A DNA stretch of 63,498 bases, filler included, from 7 parts of 7 records of this genome joined end to end with filler, not necessarily neighbours in it; one strand, 5' to 3'. Shown: positions 9,828 through 19,143, counted from the whole stretch's first letter. Made by a program: numbers and translations. The notes: a model not told the origin generated them from the sequence alone.

Positions 9828-10448
9828 ATGACCGAACTCCGAGCCTATTGTCACCTGGATCGCCTGCAACCCCAATTCTCGTCCCTATTGGCCAGCCGCT
9901 GCCGGGGCTTCATGCCCGTGGAGGGCATGGCCTCCCTGATCGTCGAGATCGCGCCGGGCGTCGAGATCAACCGGTTGACCGACATTTCCCTCAAGCTGAC
10001 CAATGCCAAGCCCGGGGAGATGATAGTTGAACGGCGTTACGGGATGCTGGAGATCCATTCGTTCGACCAGGAGGAGATTCTCCACGCCGGCCAGATGATC
10101 CTGGAGGAGCTTGGGCTCAGGGAGGATGACCGGCTGATGCCCAGCATCCTGACTACCAGCATCATCAACAAGATCGACCCGTACCAGGCGGTGATAATCA
10201 ACCGCAACAGTTCGGGGATGCTCATTCTGGGCGGGGACGACGTATACCTTCTGGAAGTGGCCCCGGCTGCCTATTCGGCATTGGCAGCCAATGAAGCGGA
10301 AAAGTTCACGGGAGTGAAGCTGGTGGACATGCGTTTTTACGGCGCGGCCGGTCGCGTCTACCTGGCCGGCGCCGAATCGGAAATACTGGCCGCGGCCCAA
10401 AAGGTTGTTGAAACGCTGAATACCGTAACGGGCCGACCCGGCAAGTAA
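9828..10448 (+). CDS. BMC-Tdp shell protein (CcmP/CsoS1D-like), copy 1
   Basis: ELRAYCHLDRLQPQF, VEIAPG, IVERRYGMLEIHS, LEVAPAAY..LAANEAEK, GAAGRVYLAG. Confidence 0.9.
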   Translation: MTELRAYCHLDRLQPQFSSLLASRCRGFMPVEGMASLIVEIAPGVEINRLTDISLKLTNAKPGEMIVERRYGMLEIHSFDQEEILHAGQMILEELGLREDDRLMPSILTTSIINKIDPYQAVIINRNSSGMLILGGDDVYLLEVAPAAYSALAANEAEKFTGVKLVDMRFYGAAGRVYLAGAESEILAAAQKVVETLNTVTGRPGK

Positions 10449-10475
10449 CAAGAATTGTAATAACGGAGCCCGATT

Positions 10476-11054
10476 ATGCCGATTTTCATATTCGCCCGAG
10501 ATGCACAGGACGTGGTCCTGGAAGGCGGCAAAAAGCTGGTCGTTCCTGAAAACGCCCGCATCACCATGGCCGCCCGGGAAGTGATCCGGGACTATGGCCT
10601 GGAAGTGGTTTACCAGCCGCCGGCCTCACCGATGCCCGCGGCGGCGCCGGAGCCTGTGGCGTCCTCGGCTGCTCCGGATGGGGATATCACGGATGAGGAC
10701 GTGGAAATCATTCTCGGCAGAGTGCTGGAACGCCTCGCCCTGGCCAAAGGTGAAAAAAAACCGGTTGCCGCGCCTTCCGTTGAACCGGCCGATGACGATG
10801 AATTGATCATCTGCAGGTGCGAGGAGATTACCAAGGGAGAGATTCGGGATGCCATCCGAACAGGCATGTCCACCCTCAACGGCGTCAAACGAGTTACTCG
10901 CGCCGGCATGGGTCTTTGCCAGGGCCAGACCTGTCAACGCCTGGTCACCCAAATCCTTTGCAGTGAGCTCGGCCTCGGCCCCGCCGACGTCGCCCCAACA
11001 ACCGCCCGCGCTCCGGTCCGCCCGGTTCCGCTTACGGCCCTGGCCTCGGGTTAG
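10476..11054 (+). CDS. BFD-like [2Fe-2S] dehydrogenase subunit fused to a BMC-type N-terminal module and putative encapsulation peptide
   Basis: C-terminal IICRCEEIT...KRVTRAGMGLCQGQTC...RAPVRPV; Pro/Ala linkers flank ITDEDVEIILGRVLERLALA. Confidence 0.85.
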   Translation: MPIFIFARDAQDVVLEGGKKLVVPENARITMAAREVIRDYGLEVVYQPPASPMPAAAPEPVASSAAPDGDITDEDVEIILGRVLERLALAKGEKKPVAAPSVEPADDDELIICRCEEITKGEIRDAIRTGMSTLNGVKRVTRAGMGLCQGQTCQRLVTQILCSELGLGPADVAPTTARAPVRPVPLTALASG

Positions 11055-11063
11055 GAGGGAAAC

Positions 11064-12269
11064 ATGCCCGAAACCGCGGATATTGTGATTATTGGCGGCG
11101 GCGTAATGGGTTGCGGCCTGGCCTACTTTCTGGCCAAGGAAGGCCTGCGCGCGGTTGTGATCGAAAAGTCGGACATCGGCGGCGAAGCCTCCGGCAGCAA
11201 CGGCGGGGGCGTTCGCCAATCGGCCCGGCACCTCAAGGAAATGCCCCTGGCCATGGCCAGCGTGAAGATGTACGAAACACTTCACGAAGAGCTGGGCATG
11301 GACGTGGAATATACCCAAAAAGGCAATTTGAGGCTCTGCGTTTCCGAGGCCGAAGTCGAATCCATGAAGAGCTCGGTGAAAAGCCAAAAAGCCGTCGGCC
11401 TTGACCTGGAGTTTCTGGACCGCAAACAGATTCTCGATATAAACCCGTACGTGGGTGAAAAGGTTATCGGCGCCAGTTGGTGCGCCACGGATGGCCACGT
11501 CAACCCGCTGCTGGTTACATATGGTTTTTTCAAAAGGGCAAAAGAGCGGGGCGCGACATTTCATACCCATGAAAAGGTGACCGATATCTTCTTTCGTCAG
11601 GGGCGTGTCCGGGGTGTTGTGACCGAACAGCGCGTCATCGAAACCGACACCGTGGTCAATGCCGCCGGTGTTGCCGGGCGGGAAATCGCCAACATGGTCG
11701 GGCTGGATATGCCCCTGCGCCCCATTTTTTCAGAGGCCTTGATCACGGAGCCTTATCCGGAACTGTTTCCCCAAATGGTGGGCCAGGCCGCCGGGCTTTT
11801 TTACGGCCGCCAGACCAAACACGGCTCCTTCTTCTGGGGCGGTTTCTCCGGCGACGAGCAGTTTATCCACCGGGGAGGAAAGCCTCTTTTCCACTATATC
11901 GGCCCGGTCATCGCCCGCATGGTAAACGACTATTTCCCCGTGCTTCGGGATCTGCACGCCATTCGCATGTGGTCCGGGCTGATCGCCGGCATGTCCGACG
12001 GGCTGCCTATTCTGGGTCTGGTCGAGGAGACGCCCGGATTCGTCTTTATGACCGGTTTTTCCGGGCACGGATTCGGCATCGCTCCGATCATAACCAAGCT
12101 GATGTCCGAACTCATTCTGGACTGCAAGCCTTCCATGCCCCTAAATGACTTTTGCTACACCCGCTTCCAGAAGAACGGCGAACTAGATTGCGCCTGCCAT
12201 AGCGGCGACGCCTGCGCGGTCCATTCGACGCTTTGCCCGAACAAGCGGGAATTTTTAAGGAATTTATAA
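11064..12269 (+). CDS. FAD-dependent amine/amino-acid oxidoreductase (DAO family; SoxB/MgdA/HcnC-like)
   Basis: IIGGGVMG, EASGSNGGGVR, DGHVNP, VVNAAG, MSDGLPILG, GFSGHGFGIAP. Confidence 0.9.
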   Translation: MPETADIVIIGGGVMGCGLAYFLAKEGLRAVVIEKSDIGGEASGSNGGGVRQSARHLKEMPLAMASVKMYETLHEELGMDVEYTQKGNLRLCVSEAEVESMKSSVKSQKAVGLDLEFLDRKQILDINPYVGEKVIGASWCATDGHVNPLLVTYGFFKRAKERGATFHTHEKVTDIFFRQGRVRGVVTEQRVIETDTVVNAAGVAGREIANMVGLDMPLRPIFSEALITEPYPELFPQMVGQAAGLFYGRQTKHGSFFWGGFSGDEQFIHRGGKPLFHYIGPVIARMVNDYFPVLRDLHAIRMWSGLIAGMSDGLPILGLVEETPGFVFMTGFSGHGFGIAPIITKLMSELILDCKPSMPLNDFCYTRFQKNGELDCACHSGDACAVHSTLCPNKREFLRNL

Positions 12270-12285
12270 ACAGGAGCTCCGTAAA

Positions 12286-12906
12286 ATGGTGGATCTGAGA
12301 GCTTACGCCATCATCGACCAACTCCAGCGGCAGTTTGTTGGCTTTATCGGTTCGACCGCCAAGGGGTACTACCCCGTGGCCGGTCAATCGGCTCTGTTCA
12401 TCGAAATCGCCCCGGGATTGGAAATCAATACGTTAACCAATGTCGTGCTGAAGAAATCAGGGGTGCTTCCGGGCGCCATGGTTGTTGAGCGTAACTTCGG
12501 GATGCTGGAAGTCCACGCCGACGACCCTTCGGACGTGAACGAGGCCGGGGCCGTCCTCCTCGAAAGCCTTGGGCTTCGGGAAGAGGACCGCATAAAACCG
12601 GAAATTTTATCATCGGTTGTCATCGAGCGGGCCGATCCGTTCATGGCCCAGATCGTCAACCGCTTTCGTAACGCCAACATGCTACAGAGCGACCAGACCA
12701 TGTACACATTGGAGATCGTGCCGGCCGGATATGCCGGTTTGGCCGCCAACGAGGCGGAAAAGGCCGCCGACATCACGCTTGTCCACGTAACAGTATTCGG
12801 GGCTTCGGGTCGTGTCTATCTGGCCGGGTCATCATCCGACATTCAAGCCGCCAAGGAAGCCGCCGAAAGCGCTTTGGCGGCCTTGACCGGGCGGGAGACC
12901 GGTTAA
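12286..12906 (+). CDS. BMC-Tdp shell protein, copy 2
   Basis: DLRAYAIIDQLQRQF, IEIAPG, VERNFGMLEVH, LEIVPAGYAGLAANEAEKAA, GASGRVYLAG. Confidence 0.9.
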   Translation: MVDLRAYAIIDQLQRQFVGFIGSTAKGYYPVAGQSALFIEIAPGLEINTLTNVVLKKSGVLPGAMVVERNFGMLEVHADDPSDVNEAGAVLLESLGLREEDRIKPEILSSVVIERADPFMAQIVNRFRNANMLQSDQTMYTLEIVPAGYAGLAANEAEKAADITLVHVTVFGASGRVYLAGSSSDIQAAKEAAESALAALTGRETG

Positions 12907-12928
12907 CCGGGTTTGTAAGGCAAAAATC

Positions 12929-13888
12929 ATGAGCGCCATGAGCAAACAAGATCTCCTCAAAAAAATAATTCGAATCTACCCCAAGCTTTCGAAGAAAAAA
13001 AAGCGAGTGGCCGACTATATCCTGTCCGACTACAAGAGTCTTTTCCTGACCACGGCCAAGGAGCTGGCCGCTATCTGCGAGGTTAGCGAACCCACCGTCA
13101 TCCGCTTCGTCGGCGACCTGGGATTCAACGGTTACATAGAGTTCGAACGATACATCAAAGGCCTCCTGCATGTGGAACTCACCAGCGTGGAACGGCTCGT
13201 CAAAACCAAACCCGCCAGCTCGGCAGCCACCACCCTGGAAGCCTACACCGATAATACCGTTAAAAATCTGGAAAACATGATCAACACCGTCTCGGCCGAG
13301 GAACTCGGCCGTCTGGCAATAGCCATTCACCGTGCGCCGGCCGTGATCGTGGCCGGTTTTCGGGCTTCGGCCGTTCTGGCCCAATATTTCGGGTATCTGT
13401 TGAGGAAGGTCCGCCATGATGTGTTCATCGAAACCACGGCCTCGGTTGACACATATGACCGCATTGCCTTGTCCGGCCCCGATGTAACTCTTGTGGTTAT
13501 CTGTTTTCCAAGGTATCCTGAAAAAACCATTGAACTCGCGAAATACGCACAAAAGTTCAAGACTCCGGTCATAGGCATTAGTGATATACCCAAATCTCCA
13601 ATAATATCGCTGTCCGATCAGTTTGTGGCGTTAGACATCGACGGGATCAGCTTTGTCGATCCTTTTGCTCATATCATCACCTTTCTGGGCGCCCTGATTC
13701 ATGAGATCACCTTTATTGATGAAGAAGCCACATTGAAGAGGCTCAAACAAATCGAGGCAGGCGTAAAGGAACGGGTGGAGTTCTACTCGCTTGAGGATGA
13801 AGGAATCCGGGATTACGATCCCCTGGAATTCCCGTCCCAGGAAGCCATCGCGCCCGGCACTGATTTTAGTCGAAATCAAAAACGGTAG
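12929..13888 (+). CDS. MurR/RpiR family transcriptional regulator
   Basis: LSKKKKRVADYIL..ELAAICEVSEPTVIRF..LGFNGY HTH, followed by an SIS domain (GFRAS, FPRYP, SDIPKSPI). Confidence 0.92.
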   Translation: MSAMSKQDLLKKIIRIYPKLSKKKKRVADYILSDYKSLFLTTAKELAAICEVSEPTVIRFVGDLGFNGYIEFERYIKGLLHVELTSVERLVKTKPASSAATTLEAYTDNTVKNLENMINTVSAEELGRLAIAIHRAPAVIVAGFRASAVLAQYFGYLLRKVRHDVFIETTASVDTYDRIALSGPDVTLVVICFPRYPEKTIELAKYAQKFKTPVIGISDIPKSPIISLSDQFVALDIDGISFVDPFAHIITFLGALIHEITFIDEEATLKRLKQIEAGVKERVEFYSLEDEGIRDYDPLEFPSQEAIAPGTDFSRNQKR

Positions 13889-13967
13889 ATCGACCGCATT
13901 AGGCGGGTGGATGAAATAAAGCGGAGTGTCCGATTGGGGAAGACTGCTCCCGATCGGCCCCCGACGA

Positions 13968-14067
13968 NNNNNNNNNNNNNNNNNNNNNNNNNNNNNNNNN
14001 NNNNNNNNNNNTTAATTAATTAANNNNNNNNNNNNNNNNNNNNNNNNNNNNNNNNNNNNNNNNNNNN
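13968..14067. other. Artificial contig linker
   Basis: N-run, TTAATTAATTAA (stops in all frames), N-run; base composition changes abruptly across it. Confidence 0.98.
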
Positions 14068-14069
14068 GT

Positions 14070-15389
14070 TTCGATTATTTTTTCCGGACCAATCCATTTA
14101 AAGGAGGATATACCGTTTTTGCCGGTCTCGATGATTTTCTTCAACTTTTATCAAATTTTAAATTCAGTAATTCAGATATAAAATTTCTTAAAAACCAGGG
14201 ATTTAAACCCGAATTTCTTGAATATTTAAAACACTTTCGTTTTTCGGGAGATATTTTCAGCGTAAAAGAAGGAGAAATAGTTTTTCCAAACGAGCCCATT
14301 GTAAGAGTAGAGGGAAATATAATCGAATGTCAGCTTGTTGAAAGTCTGCTTTTAAATATTTTAAATTTCGAATCGTTGATTGCAACAAAAGCTTTTCGCA
14401 TAAAACAAGTTGCCGGAGAAAGAATATTTTCTGATTTTGGACTGCGCAGGGCACAAGGTTTTGGAGCAATTCAGGCCAGCCGTGCTGCTTTTATCGGAGG
14501 AGCCTCATCTACATCAAATGTTCTGGCCGGGAAACTTTACAATATTCCTGTGTCGGGAACACAGGCACACAGCTGGATTCAAAGTTTCGATTCGGAGCTG
14601 GAAGCTTTTCGTGAATATGCAAAAAACCACCCGGGAAACACAACTTTACTGGTTGATACTTTTAATACATTAAATTCGGGAGTTCCTAACGCAATAATCA
14701 TTGCCAAAGAATTAGAAAAAGCAGGGTACCGTTTAAAAGCCATTCGCCTCGACAGCGGAGATCTGGCATATTTCAGCAGGAAAGCACGAAGATTACTTGA
14801 TGATGCCGGATTAAAATATGTAAAAATTGTAGCATCGAACCAGTTAAATGAATATGTTATTAAAAGCCTGTTAAAAGACCAGAATGCACCAATTGATATT
14901 TTTGGAGTTGGTACCGAAATGATTACCGGGAAAAGCGATGCTGCACTCGACGGAGTTTATAAGTTAACAACAATCAATAATATTCCGAAAATGAAAATAT
15001 CGGAAAATATTGAAAAAGTAACACTTCCAGGAATAAAACAAATATTCAGAATTTTTGATAAAGAGGGAAAGTTTTATCGGGATGCAATTTTACTTCAGGA
15101 TGAAAAAACTGAAAATGCAGATATAATTTATCACCCTGTTTATCAGGAAAAAAGCACTACTATAAAACACTTAAAATCAGAACCTCTTTTACATAAAGTT
15201 GTATACAAAGGAGAAGTTACCGTAAAAAAACAAACGCTTGTTCAAATAAAAAAATATCTAACTGAACGTGCAACACTTTTATCGGAAGAGCACAAACGGT
15301 TTATCAGCCCTCATTTATATAAAGTTGGAATTTCGAAAAAATTAATGGAAACCCGCAATATTTTAACCAGGCAATTAAAAACTACATAA
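14070..15389 (+). CDS. pncB: Nicotinate phosphoribosyltransferase (5' truncated)
   Basis: FDYFFRTNPFKGGY, DFGLRRAQG, GTQAHSWIQ, LLVDTFNTL, IRLDSGDLAY, GVYKL. Confidence 0.93.
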   Translation, partial: FDYFFRTNPFKGGYTVFAGLDDFLQLLSNFKFSNSDIKFLKNQGFKPEFLEYLKHFRFSGDIFSVKEGEIVFPNEPIVRVEGNIIECQLVESLLLNILNFESLIATKAFRIKQVAGERIFSDFGLRRAQGFGAIQASRAAFIGGASSTSNVLAGKLYNIPVSGTQAHSWIQSFDSELEAFREYAKNHPGNTTLLVDTFNTLNSGVPNAIIIAKELEKAGYRLKAIRLDSGDLAYFSRKARRLLDDAGLKYVKIVASNQLNEYVIKSLLKDQNAPIDIFGVGTEMITGKSDAALDGVYKLTTINNIPKMKISENIEKVTLPGIKQIFRIFDKEGKFYRDAILLQDEKTENADIIYHPVYQEKSTTIKHLKSEPLLHKVVYKGEVTVKKQTLVQIKKYLTERATLLSEEHKRFISPHLYKVGISKKLMETRNILTRQLKTT

Positions 15390-15401
15390 TGAATTGATTC
15401 A

Positions 15402-16499
15402 ATGAGCGAAATTATTCGACCCACACTGGTTATTGACAAAACAATTTGTCTGCAAAACATAGAAAAAATGGCAAAAAAAGCTGCGGAAAACAACATGCGT
15501 TTCCGCCCGCATTTTAAAACCCACCAGTCGGCTACAATAGGAGAATGGTTTAAAAAATTTGGAATAAATTCAATTACCGTTCCCTCGGTTGAAATGGCGG
15601 AATATTTTGCTTCGAACGGATGGAATGACATTACCATTGCATTTCCGGTTAACATTCTGGAAGTGGAAAATATAAACCGGTTGGCTGCCAATATAAAACT
15701 GAATATTTTAGTTGAAAACCCGGATTCAGCAAAATTCCTTTCAGAAAAAATAAAATACAAACTGGGCGTATATATAAAAATAGACACCGGATATAACCGA
15801 ACCGGAATTCCATCATCAAAAACCAGTTCTATCGATAATGTAATTAAAATATTGTTAGTCAATAAAAAGTTATCATTTAAAGGATTTCTAAGTCATACCG
15901 GACATACATACCAGGCACGTTCGACCAACGAAATTTTCAGTCGCCATTTCGATGCTCTGCTTAAAATGAAATCGTTAAAACAAAAATACAGGAACGCTTT
16001 TCCTTCTATTGAAATAAGTATGGGAGACACTCCGTCGTGCAGCATTTGCACCAATTTCGACGGGATTGATGAGATTCGGCCCGGCAACTTTATTTTTTAC
16101 GATTTAATGCAACAAAACCTAAGGGTTTGTGCTTTCGAAGATATTGCAGTTCGGTTAGTCTGTCCGGTGGTTGCCAAACATTTATCGCGAAACGAAATTG
16201 TGATTTACGGTGGTGCTGTTCATCTTTCAAAAGAATCGATAATTAATATAAACGGAAAGGAAATGTATGGCCGAATTGTTATACAGAAAGATGGTGAAAA
16301 AATCCTGCTCGATCCTTTGAATTATGTGGCAAAACTTTCTCAGGAACATGGTATTTTAAAAGTTACACAAAGTCAATTCAAGAATTTCCATATTGGCGAT
16401 TTGGTTGAAATTATTCCGATACATTCTTGTCTGACTGCGAATCTTGCAAAAAAATACATTACAGTTGAGGGTGAAGAAATTCTCACAATAAATTCTTAA
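15402..16499 (+). CDS. PLP fold-III enzyme, D-threonine aldolase/D-serine dehydratase-like
   Basis: FRPHFKTH, KIDTGYNRTG, GDTP, EIRPGNFIFYD, LSQEHG, PIHSCLTAN. Confidence 0.85.
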   Translation: MSEIIRPTLVIDKTICLQNIEKMAKKAAENNMRFRPHFKTHQSATIGEWFKKFGINSITVPSVEMAEYFASNGWNDITIAFPVNILEVENINRLAANIKLNILVENPDSAKFLSEKIKYKLGVYIKIDTGYNRTGIPSSKTSSIDNVIKILLVNKKLSFKGFLSHTGHTYQARSTNEIFSRHFDALLKMKSLKQKYRNAFPSIEISMGDTPSCSICTNFDGIDEIRPGNFIFYDLMQQNLRVCAFEDIAVRLVCPVVAKHLSRNEIVIYGGAVHLSKESIININGKEMYGRIVIQKDGEKILLDPLNYVAKLSQEHGILKVTQSQFKNFHIGDLVEIIPIHSCLTANLAKKYITVEGEEILTINS

Positions 16500-18304
16500 T
16501 TCAATTGTTCTGATAGTTCATCCAAGCGGGTTAATGCTTCCAGGTATGAAGTAATAGGGTACATTTTTTCATCGTACCACAGCGAGGCAAAATATAATCC
16601 GATTGGTGCCGATTTAAATCCATTTTCTTTGATATACAAATCCAGCCAATTTAAACCCATTAAACAAACATCCTTGTTTTTATCTGAAATTAACGCCGAA
16701 ACAGCGAGCGCTGTCTCTTCAATTGTTCCCTGAATATTTTTATTACCTCCCCAGCTACCATCCTCATTTTGTACTGAAACCAAAAAATTGTTCCCTTTTT
16801 GAATCATACTTCCAAGTTTCTTAATATCCGATTCAGAAAGCCAGTTATGTAAAACCGCATCTTTTAAATAAGTAACTACTTTTGCTGTTCCATACACCGG
16901 ATTTGAATGATCTTTTGTTTGCTGGTTTCCAAACCAAAGGGGCAGCCAACTTCCGTTTGCCGCTTGTTTTTTATCCAGGTAATTTACCGATCCTGAGAAA
17001 ATTCCTTTTAATAGTTTTAAATCTTTTGTTTCCAGCTCATTATTATAGGTATCTAAAACTGCCGAAACCGCTAACAAACAATGCCCGGTTAAATCGGCAC
17101 AACTTTGGTCGAACGGCAATTTCCCCCACCCCCTTGAAAATGTTGGAAATCCACCATCGCTGTTTCGCAGTTCGGTTAACCATTTTGCGCCAGCTAAAAC
17201 CTCAGTTTTTATTTTTTCTTTGGATTGAAGTTTTAAAAGAGCCAGAATTACCCCCGGCGTATCATCACCATCGGGAACCGAACCCGAGAAATTGGTCCAC
17301 CCCCAGCCGCCCGGGCCTGTTCCATTAAACAGATGAACTTTATTATTTTGAATCAATTTGAAATGTCTTGCAATTTTCTCCGTTTGTTCCGAAGAAATAT
17401 ATTGATTCAGATTATTGCAATACGCTTTTACCGAAAGCGAAGTTACCCAGGTCGATAAATCTACGTCAATTGGCCAGCCACCATCATTTCGTTGTGTTTT
17501 TTTCAGAAATAGTATTCCCTTTTTTACCACTTCTGTTTCAGCAAAACCCGAATTAATCAGGCTTAAAGCAACAAATGCCGTTAAAGGAATTGCTTCCAGA
17601 AATCCACCGCTTTCAGGCAACATCCGGTGTAATACAAGCATCGCTTTTTTAATGGAATATTTTCGGATAATCCGCCAAAACAAGTTCGATTTTTTCTTTT
17701 TGAAAACAACAATTCCTACCGCAACCAAAGCGGGGATTGCATAGCTTACTACACTTAAATTTAATAACCGGTAAAATTTACGTGGTAATAACGATAACTC
17801 GAAAGGTAGCTGTGGAATGTAATTAAAAGCATCTTCGCCTGGAACACCACAAAGTCCGCACATAGCTAAAATAGGTACCGAGAATGTGTAATCTTTTTTG
17901 TAATGAGCCAATATAAATTCAGCAACCTGTGGAGAATGCACATCAATTTTAAGGTTATTCAAATAACCCGCAATTTTTTGTTGTGCATATTTTGCCGGTT
18001 CATTATGAGAAGAATATAAATTTAATGCAGCATAAACAAGCAAACTGGTGCTCACATTTCCAGGACTTTCGGGTGTGTCGCCGTAACTTCCGTCGTCATT
18101 AATATTCTTTTCAAGCCAAAGAATTCCTTTAAGAATTTGTGCGGAATTTTTCTGTGCATCATCAAAATGAAGAGCTGCAACAGCAACAGCAACACCCAGC
18201 GCACTCGATGAAAGCCTGCCTTCCCAAAAACCTTCCGGATTTAATTCTGAAGCCACATATTTACCAACTTCATTTAATCTGTTTTGCACTTCCTTTTTTT
18301 TCAT
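16496..18304 (-). CDS. Squalene-hopene cyclase-like class II terpene cyclase
   Basis: WEGRLSSSAL, QW-type repeats (QRNDGGW, QAANGSW, QNEDGSW), DxDD motif VPDGDDT, DGGFPTF. Confidence 0.85.
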   Translation of the reverse strand: MKKKEVQNRLNEVGKYVASELNPEGFWEGRLSSSALGVAVAVAALHFDDAQKNSAQILKGILWLEKNINDDGSYGDTPESPGNVSTSLLVYAALNLYSSHNEPAKYAQQKIAGYLNNLKIDVHSPQVAEFILAHYKKDYTFSVPILAMCGLCGVPGEDAFNYIPQLPFELSLLPRKFYRLLNLSVVSYAIPALVAVGIVVFKKKKSNLFWRIIRKYSIKKAMLVLHRMLPESGGFLEAIPLTAFVALSLINSGFAETEVVKKGILFLKKTQRNDGGWPIDVDLSTWVTSLSVKAYCNNLNQYISSEQTEKIARHFKLIQNNKVHLFNGTGPGGWGWTNFSGSVPDGDDTPGVILALLKLQSKEKIKTEVLAGAKWLTELRNSDGGFPTFSRGWGKLPFDQSCADLTGHCLLAVSAVLDTYNNELETKDLKLLKGIFSGSVNYLDKKQAANGSWLPLWFGNQQTKDHSNPVYGTAKVVTYLKDAVLHNWLSESDIKKLGSMIQKGNNFLVSVQNEDGSWGGNKNIQGTIEETALAVSALISDKNKDVCLMGLNWLDLYIKENGFKSAPIGLYFASLWYDEKMYPITSYLEALTRLDELSEQLN

Positions 18305-18306
18305 TT

Positions 18307-19143
18307 TTATGAAAGTATCCCCAAAGTTAGTAATCCATAAAATGTATACTCCAAATCGCGCGAAGAATCTCCGTCGCCCGACAAAAAAGCTCCGTTATCA
18401 TAATTTTCCTGAACAAGATTCAGACAATCGGGAGTTACCAAACGCAAATCAGCACCCACATTTTTTAATGCAAAGAGTGCTACCGCAGTAGAAAGTAAAT
18501 CAGAATTTTCCTGTTCCTTAAAAACCTTAAATCCTTTTCCGGTTTCAAAATATTCCATCAGAATTTTGGTTTCCTGTTTCACTTTTTTACCGGTTAATGA
18601 TTTTGCTAAAAGTAGCGCAGCATAGAAACTACAAGGTAAATTATGTGGTGGCTTATAAAAACCAAGAAATAACTTTACCATAAAATAAACCACCCGGTTT
18701 TTTCCGTATAAAGCATCGAAACTCAGCATAAACAGGAAAAACCGATAAGCCACATTTATGTTTTTACCACCTCCTGAAACCCATTTAATTAATTTAAAAA
18801 CTGAGGGTTTATTAACGTCTTTTTTATTCAAAATCAGCCCGATTAAAAGCAGTGCAAATCTGTCGGCTATTTTCTTATCATTTAACTGAACGGTAGCGAT
18901 AAATTCTTTAAGGCGGTCCTGTTCAGAATCCAAAACCGTTGCTTTAGAAAGCCAGGCTCCGAACAATGAATAATATAAATCGGGTGTACCAGCACGATTT
19001 GTAAAAGCACCGTTTTTATGCTGCTGGCTTTTTACAAATTCAACAACATCTCCCCGACTTGTTTCATCGAGCAATAAAAAACCTTTTTCGATTGTAAAAA
19101 TGAATTGTTTGTAAACCGGATTGTATGATTTTTGGATTGCCAC
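18307..19143 (-). CDS. Prenyltransferase/squalene oxidase repeat protein
   Basis: SQQHKNGAF..DLYYSLFG, SDLLSTAVALF, DLEYTFYGLL. Confidence 0.75.
   Translation of the reverse strand: MAIQKSYNPVYKQFIFTIEKGFLLLDETSRGDVVEFVKSQQHKNGAFTNRAGTPDLYYSLFGAWLSKATVLDSEQDRLKEFIATVQLNDKKIADRFALLLIGLILNKKDVNKPSVFKLIKWVSGGGKNINVAYRFFLFMLSFDALYGKNRVVYFMVKLFLGFYKPPHNLPCSFYAALLLAKSLTGKKVKQETKILMEYFETGKGFKVFKEQENSDLLSTAVALFALKNVGADLRLVTPDCLNLVQENYDNGAFLSGDGDSSRDLEYTFYGLLTLGILS

Noticed and set aside
3276-12269. Hydrogen cyanide synthase hcnABC
   Set aside because: Same superfamilies, but the extra 4Fe-4S and separate BFD subunits and the gene context fit an amine/amino-acid dehydrogenase better.
14012-14023. 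TTAATTAATTAA palindrome recurring six times
   Set aside because: Assembly linker inside N-runs, not biological. ORFs ending in X..N or LIN are artefacts of it.
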